64,000 nucleotides of DNA, taken from contig JBIIGJ010000004.1 of assembly GCA_044236455.1 (NCBI GenBank), positions 584-64,583 on the forward strand, written 5' to 3'. Under the pieces are notes generated by a model that had not been told where the DNA came from, did not search any database, and worked only from the letters and a program-made list of their open reading frames with translations. The translations under genes were made by a program, and so were the position numbers. This DNA comes from Pirellulales bacterium (GTDB lineage Bacteria; Planctomycetota; Planctomycetia; Pirellulales; UBA1268). Of the stretch, positions 1 to 9,534 are shown piece after piece (position 1 is the stretch's first letter; the number at the start of each line of letters is the position of its first letter).

Positions 1-648
1 GGGCCGCCACGTGCCCTCGAGCAGCCGGCCGGAGAGATGGGCGACATGCGCAGCGTGCACGCCCTGCTCGCTCCGCGGAAGCTCGAAGAACTCGGCGACG
101 CCCTCGTCGAGCCAGAGCGGAATCGTCGGCACGACGGCATGCACGTAGCCGTGCGTCGTCTCGTGCCGCAGGTCCTCGGCGATCCGGTCCTGCCAGACCG
201 CGAAGACGGAGAGGGTCGTGTCGGTCTCGACGAAAAAGGCCCGCCGCGACGGAAAGCCGGGAAACTGCCGGGCCGCGAAGGCGTCGTAGCGATCCTTGTT
301 TTCAAAGAGATAGAGATGCACAGGTTCGTCCGAGATCGGCAGGCCGAGCTGCTGGCTGACATCCGCCCGGAGACTCTCCAACTCCCGGACGATGCGGTGC
401 TGCTCGGCCAGCGGAAAGTCGGTGTGGATCACGAGCTGCCCAGCGACGATCTCCGAGCGGGACGGCAGACCGTCCGCGGCCGACCACGGCAACGGCGCTA
501 CCTTCTGCATCGTGGCTGTAGTCCAGCCCGGGGCGGCCGCCAGATGAGCACAGCCGGCGACCGCACCGCCTGCGATCAAAAAGATGACCGCGGTCGCCAC
601 CAGGGGTGACGACGGGCTCGGCGGCGGGATGGGGAGGTGACGGTTCAA
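1..648 (-). CDS. DUF1570-family putative metallopeptidase lipoprotein (runs off the window start)
   Basis: Manual translation (absent from the ORF track): TTG at 648, MNRHL...VIFLIAGGAVAGC (lipobox), then RRAFFVET...DLRHETTHGYVH...PLWLDEGVAEFFE, i.e. HExxH plus WLxEGxAE. Confidence 0.8.
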   Translation of the reverse strand, partial: MNRHLPIPPPSPSSPLVATAVIFLIAGGAVAGCAHLAAAPGWTTATMQKVAPLPWSAADGLPSRSEIVAGQLVIHTDFPLAEQHRIVRELESLRADVSQQLGLPISDEPVHLYLFENKDRYDAFAARQFPGFPSRRAFFVETDTTLSVFAVWQDRIAEDLRHETTHGYVHAVVPTIPLWLDEGVAEFFELPRSEQGVHAAHVAHLSGRLLEGTWRP

Positions 649-658
649 GGCGGGGATG

Positions 659-1600
659 CTAGCGGCCGCCGGCAGCCCGGCCAAGGCCGGCATGACTGGG
701 TTTTCCAAGCCGTTTTTGCAGGAGTGTGCCCGCTAAAGCCTCCAGCGACACCGGCCGGCCCAGTACGGCGGCGGCCCCGGCCCGCATCGCCGCCAGCACG
801 CTGTCGCCCCGGGGGAAACTGTCGAGGATCACGATGAACAGGCCCGGCCGGTTGGCCGCCAACAGCCGCAGCCACTCCAGGTCGGGGCCCGCCAGATCGC
901 GAACATCCCAGATCAGCGTAGGGGCTGTTTCATCCAGCCGCGGCCGGCCGACCTGCCGGTTGACGACCCGGTGGCCGGCGAGGGCTAGCAGGTCGCAAAG
1001 CCCATCGAGATCGTCGGTTTGTATCGCGGCCACAGATACGTCGCCGCAGGCCCCAGGCATGTGCACTCCGTGACCGTGATGGGCTGCGGGGTCACTGGCT
1101 CTGATGCCACCGATCGATTCGAGCAGTCGTTCCTCGCGGCGGGCCGTCGCGGGCAGGCCAAGGCTCGTGGGCAGGCCCGCCTCGAAGGCCGCCAGCCACC
1201 AGCCGCATCGACCGGGCAGGTCGTGCCAGGGCACCTCCTCGATGCCGGGAAGCTGCGGCCCACTCCGCCGCCGGCCGTCCACCAGGCTCGACGCCACCGA
1301 GACGATCGGCATCAGCGGCCACGTTCGCGAGAGCAGCAGGGCGTCGGCAGGCGTGAACCGGCCCGGCCTGTCCGCGGCCAGCACCGCAAACAACGGCGTG
1401 ACCTGGGCCACGTCAGCGGCACTGGCTGCGGTTGCCGCTGCCTGCGGGCTCTCGGCATCGGTCACGTCGGCCAAGGCCCCGATCGCGGTGCGGGCCATGC
1501 CCAGTTCCAATCCCGCAGCCGACCCGATCCACAACGCCCGCCGGCGGGTGACAGCGGCCAGAGAAAAGTCGATCGTGGAAGCGTGTGAAGTCATGGTCAT
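659..1600 (-). CDS. hypothetical protein with degenerate receiver-like domain(s)
   Basis: C-terminus TLIWDV...IVILDSFPR...AMRAGAAAVLGRPV resembles a REC fold lacking the conserved Lys; start placed at ATG 1600. Confidence 0.55.
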   Translation of the reverse strand: MTMTSHASTIDFSLAAVTRRRALWIGSAAGLELGMARTAIGALADVTDAESPQAAATAASAADVAQVTPLFAVLAADRPGRFTPADALLLSRTWPLMPIVSVASSLVDGRRRSGPQLPGIEEVPWHDLPGRCGWWLAAFEAGLPTSLGLPATARREERLLESIGGIRASDPAAHHGHGVHMPGACGDVSVAAIQTDDLDGLCDLLALAGHRVVNRQVGRPRLDETAPTLIWDVRDLAGPDLEWLRLLAANRPGLFIVILDSFPRGDSVLAAMRAGAAAVLGRPVSLEALAGTLLQKRLGKPSHAGLGRAAGGR

Positions 1601-1821
1601 CTTCCCTATCGTCCCACGCCGGCAGCCGCGGCGGCAAGCTGGGTTGACTGCGAAGAGGTCTTTTTGCCTGACGGAAGCCGACCTTGACCGGTTTGGAACC
1701 CCGCGGACAATTTGCCCCCAGTCATGTTCAAGGATGAACGTGGCAGTGTTTCCACAGGCCCACGCGACTCGTGCTGAACCAGCACGCATTGGTTCGCGGT
1801 GGCCGCAGGCAGGAGGCCGGC

Positions 1822-3408
1822 ATGGGTGACAAGAGGCTTGGCGATCACGATGACGATGGCAAGCGTCGCGGCGCTCGCCGCAGCCGGGTCGGCCGGGAGA
1901 CAGCCCGCGGCATCACGCTCTCGGAGGTGCTGCCCGACGCCATCTTCTTCGCCTGTGACGACATTGTCGCCACCGGCTGCTCCGACGATCCCGACCGCTG
2001 CCGACCAGGGGATGTGTTCGTGGCCAGGCTCACCGCCGACGGCGACGGCCACGACGACGTCGAACGGGCCCTCGCCCGGGGCGTGGCCGGCGTGGTGGCG
2101 GAGCGCATGATCCCGACCTTCGGCACGCCGCTGTGCATCGTGCGGGAGAGCAGCTGGGCGCTGGCGCGGCTCGAACACGGTTTCGCCGGAGACCCGGCCA
2201 AACACTTGCGGGTGATCGCCATCACCGGCACCAGCGGCAAGACGACCACCGCGTGGCTGGCCGCTGCGGTGCTCGCCGAGGCTGGCCTCCGCGTGGGCGT
2301 GTTGTCGGATCTCGGCTGCCTCACGGCCGACGCCACGGAGCCGGTGGCAGCCGACCTGACCCGTCCAGGGGTGCTCGCCGACTGGCTGCGCAGGCTCGGC
2401 GAGGACGGCTGCACGCACGCGCTGGTCGAGGTGTCGAGCGCGATGCTCGCGGCCGACTGCCTGGCGGGGATCGATTGCGACACCGTCGCGGTCACGAACC
2501 TCGGCGCGGCGCATCTCGACATTCATGGCACGACAGCCGCCTACCATGCCGTGAAGGCGAGGATCCTTGACTGCCTCGCCCCGGATGGCATGCTCGTCGC
2601 CACCGCCGACGATGACCGTGTCGCTCGCTTGATCGAGCGACACACGGCGACAGCAGGCCGCGGCGGTGTCATCACCGCCGGGCTCACGGTGGCTGCCGAC
2701 GTCAACGCCACGCCCGTCGAACGGTCGCTCCACGGCCAGACATTTCTCGTGCAGGCAGGTGGCCACTCGATGCCGGTGGCGGTCTCCACGCCGTTGGCGT
2801 CGTTCGTCCGTGACAGCCTGCTGGCGGTCGCCATCGGACTCCGCTACCGCGTGCCGTTGGAGCGGATCGTGCGGGGCGTCGAGGCCTGCGGCAGCGTGGC
2901 GGGACGCATGGAGAGAATCGACCGCGGCCAAGACCATGCCGTCTTCGTCGATCACCCCACCAGCGGGCACGCGGTCGCTGCGACCCTCGCCGGACTCCGC
3001 CGCCTCACTCCTGGTCGGCTCGTGGTGCTGGCGGAGACGGCCTGCGCCGAACGACTGGTGGCGGATGCTGTTCCAGCCGGCGATGACGGGCGGGAGGCCG
3101 AGGGGGCGATGGCCGCCACGTTCAACCGCCGGGCCATGCGGTGGGCCGACGACTGCCTCGTCGTGCCCCCCACGCTCATGGACGAACTCGGCAGGGCGGC
3201 CGATGTGATGGCCTATGCCCGGATCGACCGGCTGCTGTCGTCGCTGGGCGAGCAGGACTGCCTGATCGTGCTCGGCGACGTGTCCGGCGGCGGCCAGAGC
3301 CCCATCGATCCGGACGGCGATCCGCTCCCGCTGGCGGCGGTGGTCGACGGCTGGCTGCAACTGGCCCATGTTCCGCAGCCGTTTGTGTCGCATCGGCGGG
3401 CCGCGTGA
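1822..3408 (+). CDS. murE: MurE-like Mur ligase (divergent C-terminal domain)
   Basis: PGDVFVA, DGHD, IAITGTSGKTTT P-loop, EVSS, TNLxxxHLDIHG, VAGRMERI; the DYAH, DNPR and GKGHE motifs are not retained. Confidence 0.7.
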   Translation: MGDKRLGDHDDDGKRRGARRSRVGRETARGITLSEVLPDAIFFACDDIVATGCSDDPDRCRPGDVFVARLTADGDGHDDVERALARGVAGVVAERMIPTFGTPLCIVRESSWALARLEHGFAGDPAKHLRVIAITGTSGKTTTAWLAAAVLAEAGLRVGVLSDLGCLTADATEPVAADLTRPGVLADWLRRLGEDGCTHALVEVSSAMLAADCLAGIDCDTVAVTNLGAAHLDIHGTTAAYHAVKARILDCLAPDGMLVATADDDRVARLIERHTATAGRGGVITAGLTVAADVNATPVERSLHGQTFLVQAGGHSMPVAVSTPLASFVRDSLLAVAIGLRYRVPLERIVRGVEACGSVAGRMERIDRGQDHAVFVDHPTSGHAVAATLAGLRRLTPGRLVVLAETACAERLVADAVPAGDDGREAEGAMAATFNRRAMRWADDCLVVPPTLMDELGRAADVMAYARIDRLLSSLGEQDCLIVLGDVSGGGQSPIDPDGDPLPLAAVVDGWLQLAHVPQPFVSHRRAA

Positions 3409-3517
3409 GCGTGCCGCTGGCGGCCCCGGATGGACGCCGCCCGGTCGCTTGGGCCAGAATACCGCCTTCGGGCAATGATCAGGCCCCCGGGCTGAACGAC
3501 TGACACAGGTGCTTTTC

Positions 3518-4456
3518 ATGAAGTCTCACCACAACGGCACGGCGGTTGATGCCCTGCCTTCCGACGCACATCGCGGCGGCACGCCGTTCGACGATCTCGG
3601 GCTGGCAGTCTCCTGCCGTGAGCCGCTGTCGCATCACATGTGGCTGGGCATCGGTGGCGAGGCCGGATATTTCTGTGAACCGGTCGATGTCGACGCGCTG
3701 TCGCGGCTCGTCTCGCGCTGCCACGCGCAGCGAATACCGCTCCGCGTGATCGGCGGCGGCTCGAACATCCTGGTGCCCTCGGCCGGTTTTGCCGGCCTGG
3801 TCGTGCGGCTCTCAGCTCCCGCGTTCTCGAGTATTCAGGTCGAGCGGCCCATGCTCCGCGCGGGCGCCGGTGCCAAACTCGTGCACGTGGTCTCCGCGGC
3901 TGTGCAGGCCGGGCTCTCGGGCCTGGAGACGCTCGTGGGCATCCCTGGCACGGTCGGCGGGGCGCTCGTGGGCAATGCCGGCGGTCACGGCGGCGACATC
4001 GGCGAGTGCGTGCGGGAGGTGAGCGTCATGCTGCCCGACGGCACGACCGAGACCCGCACGGGGGCGAAGCTGGCCTTCGAGTCGCGGTGGAGCAATCTCG
4101 ACGATTGCATCATCATCGGCTGCAAGCTCGAACTCGACGAGGAAGATCCTGAGCGGCTCACGAAGCGGATGCAGAAGCAATGGATCGTGGCCCGCTCCGA
4201 GCAGCCTTCCGGAACCCGGTCCGTCGCGATGATGTTCAAGGACCCCAATGGCAGTTCCGCCGAGTCGCTGGTGGTGCAGGCTGGCGGCCGCGACCTGCGG
4301 GTCGGCGAGGCCTCCGTCTACGCGCCCCACGCCAATTACGTGGTGGCTTCTTCCAAGTGCCCGAGCGACGACGTGCGGGCGCTGATCGAACTGGTGCGGG
4401 CCAAGGTTCGCGAGCGGCTGGGAGTGGAACTCACGCCGCAGATCGAAGTCTGGTGA
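3518..4456 (+). CDS. murB: MurB-like FAD-binding UDP-N-acetylenolpyruvoylglucosamine reductase homologue
   Basis: GIGGEA, IGGGSNIL, GLETLVGIPGTVGGALVGNAG, HANY. Confidence 0.8.
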   Translation: MKSHHNGTAVDALPSDAHRGGTPFDDLGLAVSCREPLSHHMWLGIGGEAGYFCEPVDVDALSRLVSRCHAQRIPLRVIGGGSNILVPSAGFAGLVVRLSAPAFSSIQVERPMLRAGAGAKLVHVVSAAVQAGLSGLETLVGIPGTVGGALVGNAGGHGGDIGECVREVSVMLPDGTTETRTGAKLAFESRWSNLDDCIIIGCKLELDEEDPERLTKRMQKQWIVARSEQPSGTRSVAMMFKDPNGSSAESLVVQAGGRDLRVGEASVYAPHANYVVASSKCPSDDVRALIELVRAKVRERLGVELTPQIEVW

Positions 4457-4469
4457 AAGGGGCGGTGAC

Positions 4470-5378
4470 ATGGGTGCCCCTCCGCGTCGCGGCCGACCGT
4501 TTCCCGTCGAAGAGCCGGAAAGCGGCGGCATCGGACGGTTCATGGCCGAGCATCGGGCTGGCATCGGTGCGGTCGCTGTGGTCGCCGCGGCGGTGTTCGC
4601 GGGCTGGACGATCTGGTCGCGGGTGTCGGAATCGGCGCGGTCGCATCCCGATGTGATCCTGATGCCCGACGCGGTGGAGCTGCGGGGCGTGGCGCCCTGG
4701 GTGCGGGCCGATCTTCGGGCCGAAGCCCTCCGGAATGCGAGTCTCGACGGCGGCCTGCCCCTCGACGATCCCGAGCTGTCGCGGCGACTGGCCCGCGCCT
4801 TCGAGATGCATCCCTGGGTGAAGCTGGTCGTGGACGTGAGCCTGCGGCATCCCGCCGCCGCGACGGTGGAGGTGCAGTGCCGCGAGCCCGTGGCCATGGT
4901 GGGCGTGAAGGGAGGGCTTCTGGCCATCGACGCTGACGGCGTCGTTCTGCCAAGCGCCGACTTCACGGCCGAGTCGGCGGCGGTCTATCCGCGGATCACC
5001 GGCATCGACTCGAGCCCACAGGGGCCGGAGGGCTCGCCGTGGGGCGATCCGCTCGTGGAAGAGGGAGCGGCGGTGGCCCTCGTGGTTGGTCCCGAATGGC
5101 AGCAGCTCGGCTTCACGGAGTGTCGGCCCGCGGGGAAGCCTGGACTGAGACGGTGGGAACTCATCGGCCCGCCGCCGCGGACGATCGTGTTTGGGTCGGC
5201 GCCCGGCCGCGAGGCTCAGGGCGAGCCCCTGGCGGCGGCGAAGATCGCGAGGCTCAAGACGCTCGCGGCGGATCCGGCCGCAGCCGAATCCGCCGGTCCG
5301 CTCGATCTCACGGTAGCGCCGGAGGATACGGTCGATGCTGCTGGCGGTCAGGCGATCCCGTCGATTCCGTCACCGTGA
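4470..5378 (+). CDS. FtsQ/DivIB-like bitopic membrane protein
   Basis: Single N-terminal TM; HPWV...REPVAMV...IDADGVVLP and YPRITG resemble the FtsQ POTRA/beta domains; directly follows murB. Confidence 0.6.
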   Translation: MGAPPRRGRPFPVEEPESGGIGRFMAEHRAGIGAVAVVAAAVFAGWTIWSRVSESARSHPDVILMPDAVELRGVAPWVRADLRAEALRNASLDGGLPLDDPELSRRLARAFEMHPWVKLVVDVSLRHPAAATVEVQCREPVAMVGVKGGLLAIDADGVVLPSADFTAESAAVYPRITGIDSSPQGPEGSPWGDPLVEEGAAVALVVGPEWQQLGFTECRPAGKPGLRRWELIGPPPRTIVFGSAPGREAQGEPLAAAKIARLKTLAADPAAAESAGPLDLTVAPEDTVDAAGGQAIPSIPSP

Positions 5379-5924
5379 TCAAGCCCGCTCGGCCAGCACG
5401 AGCTTACGGACTGCCTGAAACTGCGGATGCTCGGCGGAGCGGCACCATTCGAAGAGGACGGCCTCGGTGGTGGTGAGGATCGCGCCAGAGGATTCGAGCC
5501 GCCGCAACGCGATCTCGTGGTCGAGCGGGTGCCGTGAGCCGACGGCATCGACGGCGACAAAGACCGTCAGCCCACGGGCGAGCAGGTCGAGCGCGGTCTG
5601 CGCGATGCAGACGTGGGTTTCGAGGCCGCAGAGCACCACCGCCTCGATGTCGGCGGCGAGGGACTGCGTGAAGGCCTCGCTGCCGCAGCAGCTGAAAGCC
5701 ATCTTCGACAGGGCCGGCGGGAGCTTCGCCGCGAGTTCGGGCGGCGTGGGGCCGAGCCCTTTCGGATACTGCTCCGTGAGCACGCTGCGCACGCCGAGCA
5801 GCGCCGCCGCGTCGGCGAGACGGCCGGCCATGGCGACCACCTGCGGGCTCGTGGGAATCGCAGGGAGCAGCCGCGCCTGGATGTCGACGACGCAGAGCAG
5901 GGAGGTGGGGGTGTGGAGTCGCAT
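5379..5924 (-). CDS. isochorismatase-family hydrolase
   Basis: VVDIQ, TEQYPKGLGPT, KMAFSC, GLETHVCIAQTALDL. Confidence 0.9.
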   Translation of the reverse strand: MRLHTPTSLLCVVDIQARLLPAIPTSPQVVAMAGRLADAAALLGVRSVLTEQYPKGLGPTPPELAAKLPPALSKMAFSCCGSEAFTQSLAADIEAVVLCGLETHVCIAQTALDLLARGLTVFVAVDAVGSRHPLDHEIALRRLESSGAILTTTEAVLFEWCRSAEHPQFQAVRKLVLAERA

Positions 5925-5979
5925 GGGATTTTCTCGCGGGGTGCGGTGGGGGAAATCATAGCGGGTGTCAAGGAATGCC

Positions 5980-6023
5980 GGGCGGGCTCCCCGAACACGC
6001 TTCGGTGTTCGGGGAGCCCGCCC
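5980..6023. repeat. perfect 19-bp inverted repeat (terminator- or REP-like hairpin)
   Basis: GGGCGGGCTCCCCGAACAC-gcttcg-GTGTTCGGGGAGCCCGCCC between tsaE and the isochorismatase gene. Confidence 0.85.
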
Positions 6024-6055
6024 TCGCGGATTGCATGGCAGGATGCCATGCGGAG

Positions 6056-6577
6056 TCACCATGACATCAGCGTGAAATCGCCGTGCGGCGTGAATCGGAA
6101 CGTGCGGCCGTTTTCCGAATCGATGCTGATCACGATGTCGAGCCGGTCGGCTGGCAGAGCGTCGGCAATCCGCGATGGCCATTCGACGAACACCCAGCAG
6201 GGACCGGCGGTCGCATCCTCCCAGCCGATCTCTGCCAGGTCGCCCGCGCCCGAGAGACGGTAGAGATCGGCATGCACAAGCCGCTCGGGCACTTCTCGCG
6301 TCGGCGCGTCGCGGGCGGCGGGCACATCGTGAACGTGGATCAGTCCGAAGGTCGGGCTCACTACTTCAGCCGGGTCGATGCCCATGGCCGCGGCGACGGC
6401 CTTCGCGAACGTCGTCTTGCCCGCGCCGAGATCCCCCTCGAGCGCGACGAAGGCGCGGGGCGGGAGCGCGGCGGTGAGTCGCCGGGCGAGCGGCGCGAGG
6501 GCGGCCTCGTCTGGCACCGCTACGGTCAGCGTTGGCGCGACCTTCGGCGGCACGTCGCCGTCAGCTGTTGAATGCAT
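6056..6577 (-). CDS. tsaE: tRNA threonylcarbamoyladenosine biosynthesis ATPase TsaE
   Basis: LEGDLGAGKTTF, VVSPTF, HADLYRL, VEWP. Confidence 0.92.
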   Translation of the reverse strand: MHSTADGDVPPKVAPTLTVAVPDEAALAPLARRLTAALPPRAFVALEGDLGAGKTTFAKAVAAAMGIDPAEVVSPTFGLIHVHDVPAARDAPTREVPERLVHADLYRLSGAGDLAEIGWEDATAGPCWVFVEWPSRIADALPADRLDIVISIDSENGRTFRFTPHGDFTLMSW

Positions 6578-7502
6578 GGACGTAGCCCCGTGGTGCGAGT
6601 GCGGTGCGTGCGCCATGCGTATCCTCGGCAACGAGTCCCGGCTCGGCCGTCACTTCGCCGATGATCGTGAGTGGCAGATCGAGCGGGGCCTTGCCCGCGG
6701 CCGCCACGAGGGCATGCGCCGCGTCGGGCGGCATGGCGAGAATGAGCTCGAAATCCTCGCCGTCGGAGAGGGCATGGTCGAGCGGCGTGTTTTTATCTCC
6801 GGGCAGAAGGCTCATCCGCCGGGCATCGGCGTGGATCGGCACGTCGGCCAGCCGCACGACGGCACCGGTCGCGCTTGCCTGCATCATCCGTGAGAGGTCG
6901 AGGGAGAGGCCGTCGCTGACGTCGATGGCGGCATGCACGGTGAAACGCTCGGCGATTGCCAGGGCCTCGCGGCACCGCGGCTCCACGGCGAGATGGCGGC
7001 CCAGCAGGCTGCCCCCGCAGGCCCCCGTGACCAAGAGCAGGTCGCCGGGCCTCGCGCCGTCGCGCCGCCAGGCCCGGCCCGGCGGCACGCTGCCGATCGC
7101 TGTCACGCTCACGACGAGCGGCCCGTCCCAAGAGTTCGTATCGCCGCCGGCCAGCGTGCAGCCATGCTCGGCCGTGATCGCCTGGATGCCTTCGAGGAGC
7201 CCGTGCGCGATCGCGTCTCCGCTTTTCTGCGGCAGGCAGACGGCGACGAACACCGCCTCGGGCCGCGCGCCCATCGCCGCCAGATCGCTCAGGCTCACGG
7301 CCACGGCCTTGTGGCCGACCGCCCGCGGCGGACAGTCGGCGCCGAGAATGAAGTCGACGCCCTCGGTGAGCATGTCGACGGTGACGACCGTCCGCCGCAT
7401 GGCGGGCGGCCGTAGCACGGCTGCGTCGTCGCCGGGAGGAACCTCCAGCCGCGGGTCGGGCGGAATACGGTCGAGCAGCCAGTTGACGAATTCAGTTTCC
7501 AC
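6561..7502 (-). CDS. thiL: thiamine-monophosphate kinase
   Basis: GDDAA, SDLAAMGA, GGDT, GARPGD, IDVSDGL, GEDFEL. Confidence 0.93.
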   Translation of the reverse strand: METEFVNWLLDRIPPDPRLEVPPGDDAAVLRPPAMRRTVVTVDMLTEGVDFILGADCPPRAVGHKAVAVSLSDLAAMGARPEAVFVAVCLPQKSGDAIAHGLLEGIQAITAEHGCTLAGGDTNSWDGPLVVSVTAIGSVPPGRAWRRDGARPGDLLLVTGACGGSLLGRHLAVEPRCREALAIAERFTVHAAIDVSDGLSLDLSRMMQASATGAVVRLADVPIHADARRMSLLPGDKNTPLDHALSDGEDFELILAMPPDAAHALVAAAGKAPLDLPLTIIGEVTAEPGLVAEDTHGARTALAPRGYVHAFNS

Positions 7503-7656
7503 GACGGCATTCTAACGGGCGTTGGGACAAGCGATCCATGGCCCGTCCTGGCGTCTGGCAGCGGGATGCAGGAAGTCGCGAAGGCGGCTCGTGGAGCGCC
7601 ATACCCGGGGTGCCTTCCTTCTCTCACGGATTGGAGAGTAGGCGTCGCACGCGATC

Positions 7657-7842
7657 CTATCCGCGGCCAAGGAGCCGGAGGATGTTGCGTGCCAGGCTCG
7701 CACCGCCCACGATGCGTCCATCGGTGTAATCGTCGAGGCCGAAGCCGCCTTTGGCGTTTTGCTCCGCCTGCTTCGCGATCGCGTTGTGGCAGAGCTTCAC
7801 GACTTCCTCGAGCTTGTTCGAGTCGTTGCGGGTGCTGATCAT
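7657..7842 (-). CDS. small helical hypothetical protein (61 aa)
   Basis: Strong SD GAGGAGG before ATG 7842; MISTRNDSNKLEEVVKLC...DDYTDGRIVGGASLARNILRLL. Confidence 0.7.
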   Translation of the reverse strand: MISTRNDSNKLEEVVKLCHNAIAKQAEQNAKGGFGLDDYTDGRIVGGASLARNILRLLGRG

Positions 7843-7972
7843 GACGGCCTCCTCAGACGGTGACGTCCACGCTGAAATCGGCCCCGCCGGGCCTCCAGCC
7901 GCTGGTCGCTCCAGGGCTGTCTGCATTTATGATAGTCCGAAAGACCTGCGCGGCCAGGAGCGGCAGGGCCGC

Positions 7973-9286
7973 TCAGCGGCGGATCGTCTCGGAGACGAGG
8001 TGCCCGAAGAGTGTCTCGCGGCCACGGAGCACGTAGAACTTGATCGGGTTCAGGTGCTCCTCCTCGGCCTTGTCGAGGATGTAAGAGATGTTGTCGGGCG
8101 CGATCGTTTCCCAGACATGCAGGCCGACCAGGATGTCACCCACCCGGATGCCCTGCTCGTCGGCCGGCCCGCCTGCCCGGACCTCGCTCACCATCAGGCC
8201 GCCACGATACCGCGACTGGAGCCGCTGCACCTTGGCCGCCGGCATCGATTCCACCCGCAGGCCGATGTCGGCCCAGCAGCGTTCTTCGACAGGGATCGCA
8301 TCCCGCCGCGCCGCCAGCGAGAGGTCGAGTTTCTCCTCCGCGCCGGCCCGCATCACCGTCACCGACACGCTGTCTCCTGCCCGGTGACCGAGCAGGCCGC
8401 GCTCGATGTCGAGCGGGCGGGAGACCGACACTTCGCCGATCTGCGTGATCACATCACCGGCCTTCACGCCCACGGTCTCGGCGGGGCTCTGGCGGTGCAC
8501 CGCCTCGACGATCACGCCCCGCGGTCCGTCGGTGCGTGCCACGATGCCGTGCCAGGTGCGGTCCACGCGTTCGACCGACAGGAGCGTGGCGACCACTTCC
8601 AGCACCCTGTCGACGGGGATCGCGAAGCCGATGCCCTGGGCGCCTGCCCGCACCGCCACGTTGACGCCGATCATTTCGCCGTTGATGTTGAGCAGCGGGC
8701 CGCCGGAGTTGCCCGGGTTGATGCTGGCGTCGGTCTGGATGAGGTCGTCGTAGCGTTGCGTGCGGCTCACTTCCACGTCCCGGTGGAGGGCCGACACGAT
8801 GCCGCGGGTCACCGTGTGCTCGTAGCCGTAGGCGTTGCCGAGGGCCAGCACCGTTTCGCCGATCATGAGGTCGGATGAGGTGCCGATCGTGATCACCGGC
8901 AGGGGCCCGTCGTGCTCCACTTTGATGACGGCGAGGTCGGTCCGCGGATCGTGCGAGACGAGCGACGCCGACGTGGTCTTGCCGGAGGCGAGCGTGACCT
9001 CGATCCTGCGGACGCCCTCGACCACGTGGTAGTTGGTGACGACGTAGCCGCGGGCATCGACGACGACGCCGGTTCCCATGCCGTTCACCCGCTTCAGTTC
9101 GCCCGCCCCCTCTTCATCCGCGTTGGGCACGAACTTCTGGCCGTGGATGTTGACCACGCTGTCGCGGGTGGACTCGATGGCCTTGACGATCGCGGTCCGC
9201 CGGCCTTCAACGGCTCCAGCCGTTCCCGCCGTGGCGACCACAAACAGCAGGGCAACGGCCGGCAGGAAGGTCCACGAACAGCGCAT
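7973..9286 (-). CDS. HtrA/DegP-family serine protease with two PDZ domains
   Basis: Signal peptide, TNYHVV, DLAVI, IQTDASINPGNSGGPL. Confidence 0.9.
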   Translation of the reverse strand: MRCSWTFLPAVALLFVVATAGTAGAVEGRRTAIVKAIESTRDSVVNIHGQKFVPNADEEGAGELKRVNGMGTGVVVDARGYVVTNYHVVEGVRRIEVTLASGKTTSASLVSHDPRTDLAVIKVEHDGPLPVITIGTSSDLMIGETVLALGNAYGYEHTVTRGIVSALHRDVEVSRTQRYDDLIQTDASINPGNSGGPLLNINGEMIGVNVAVRAGAQGIGFAIPVDRVLEVVATLLSVERVDRTWHGIVARTDGPRGVIVEAVHRQSPAETVGVKAGDVITQIGEVSVSRPLDIERGLLGHRAGDSVSVTVMRAGAEEKLDLSLAARRDAIPVEERCWADIGLRVESMPAAKVQRLQSRYRGGLMVSEVRAGGPADEQGIRVGDILVGLHVWETIAPDNISYILDKAEEEHLNPIKFYVLRGRETLFGHLVSETIRR

Positions 9287-9534
9287 CAAGCCAGACTCCC
9301 CAAAGCCCCAATGCTGATCGGCCCACGCGGGCGGTCGATCAGTCCACGCTGCGGTCATCGCATCGGCAGTCGGGATCTGCCCTTCGGGCTGACGTCCCCC
9401 CTGCAAGACTCTGAATCGGACGCCTGTGGCAGCCGGTCCACCGCCCGCGCCACGGGTCGGCATAGCTTTCCCAGACGGTTGCCCGTGGCAAGGGTCGTGG
9501 CCGCGTCTGCGCTTTCATGACGGGCCGCCGAAAA

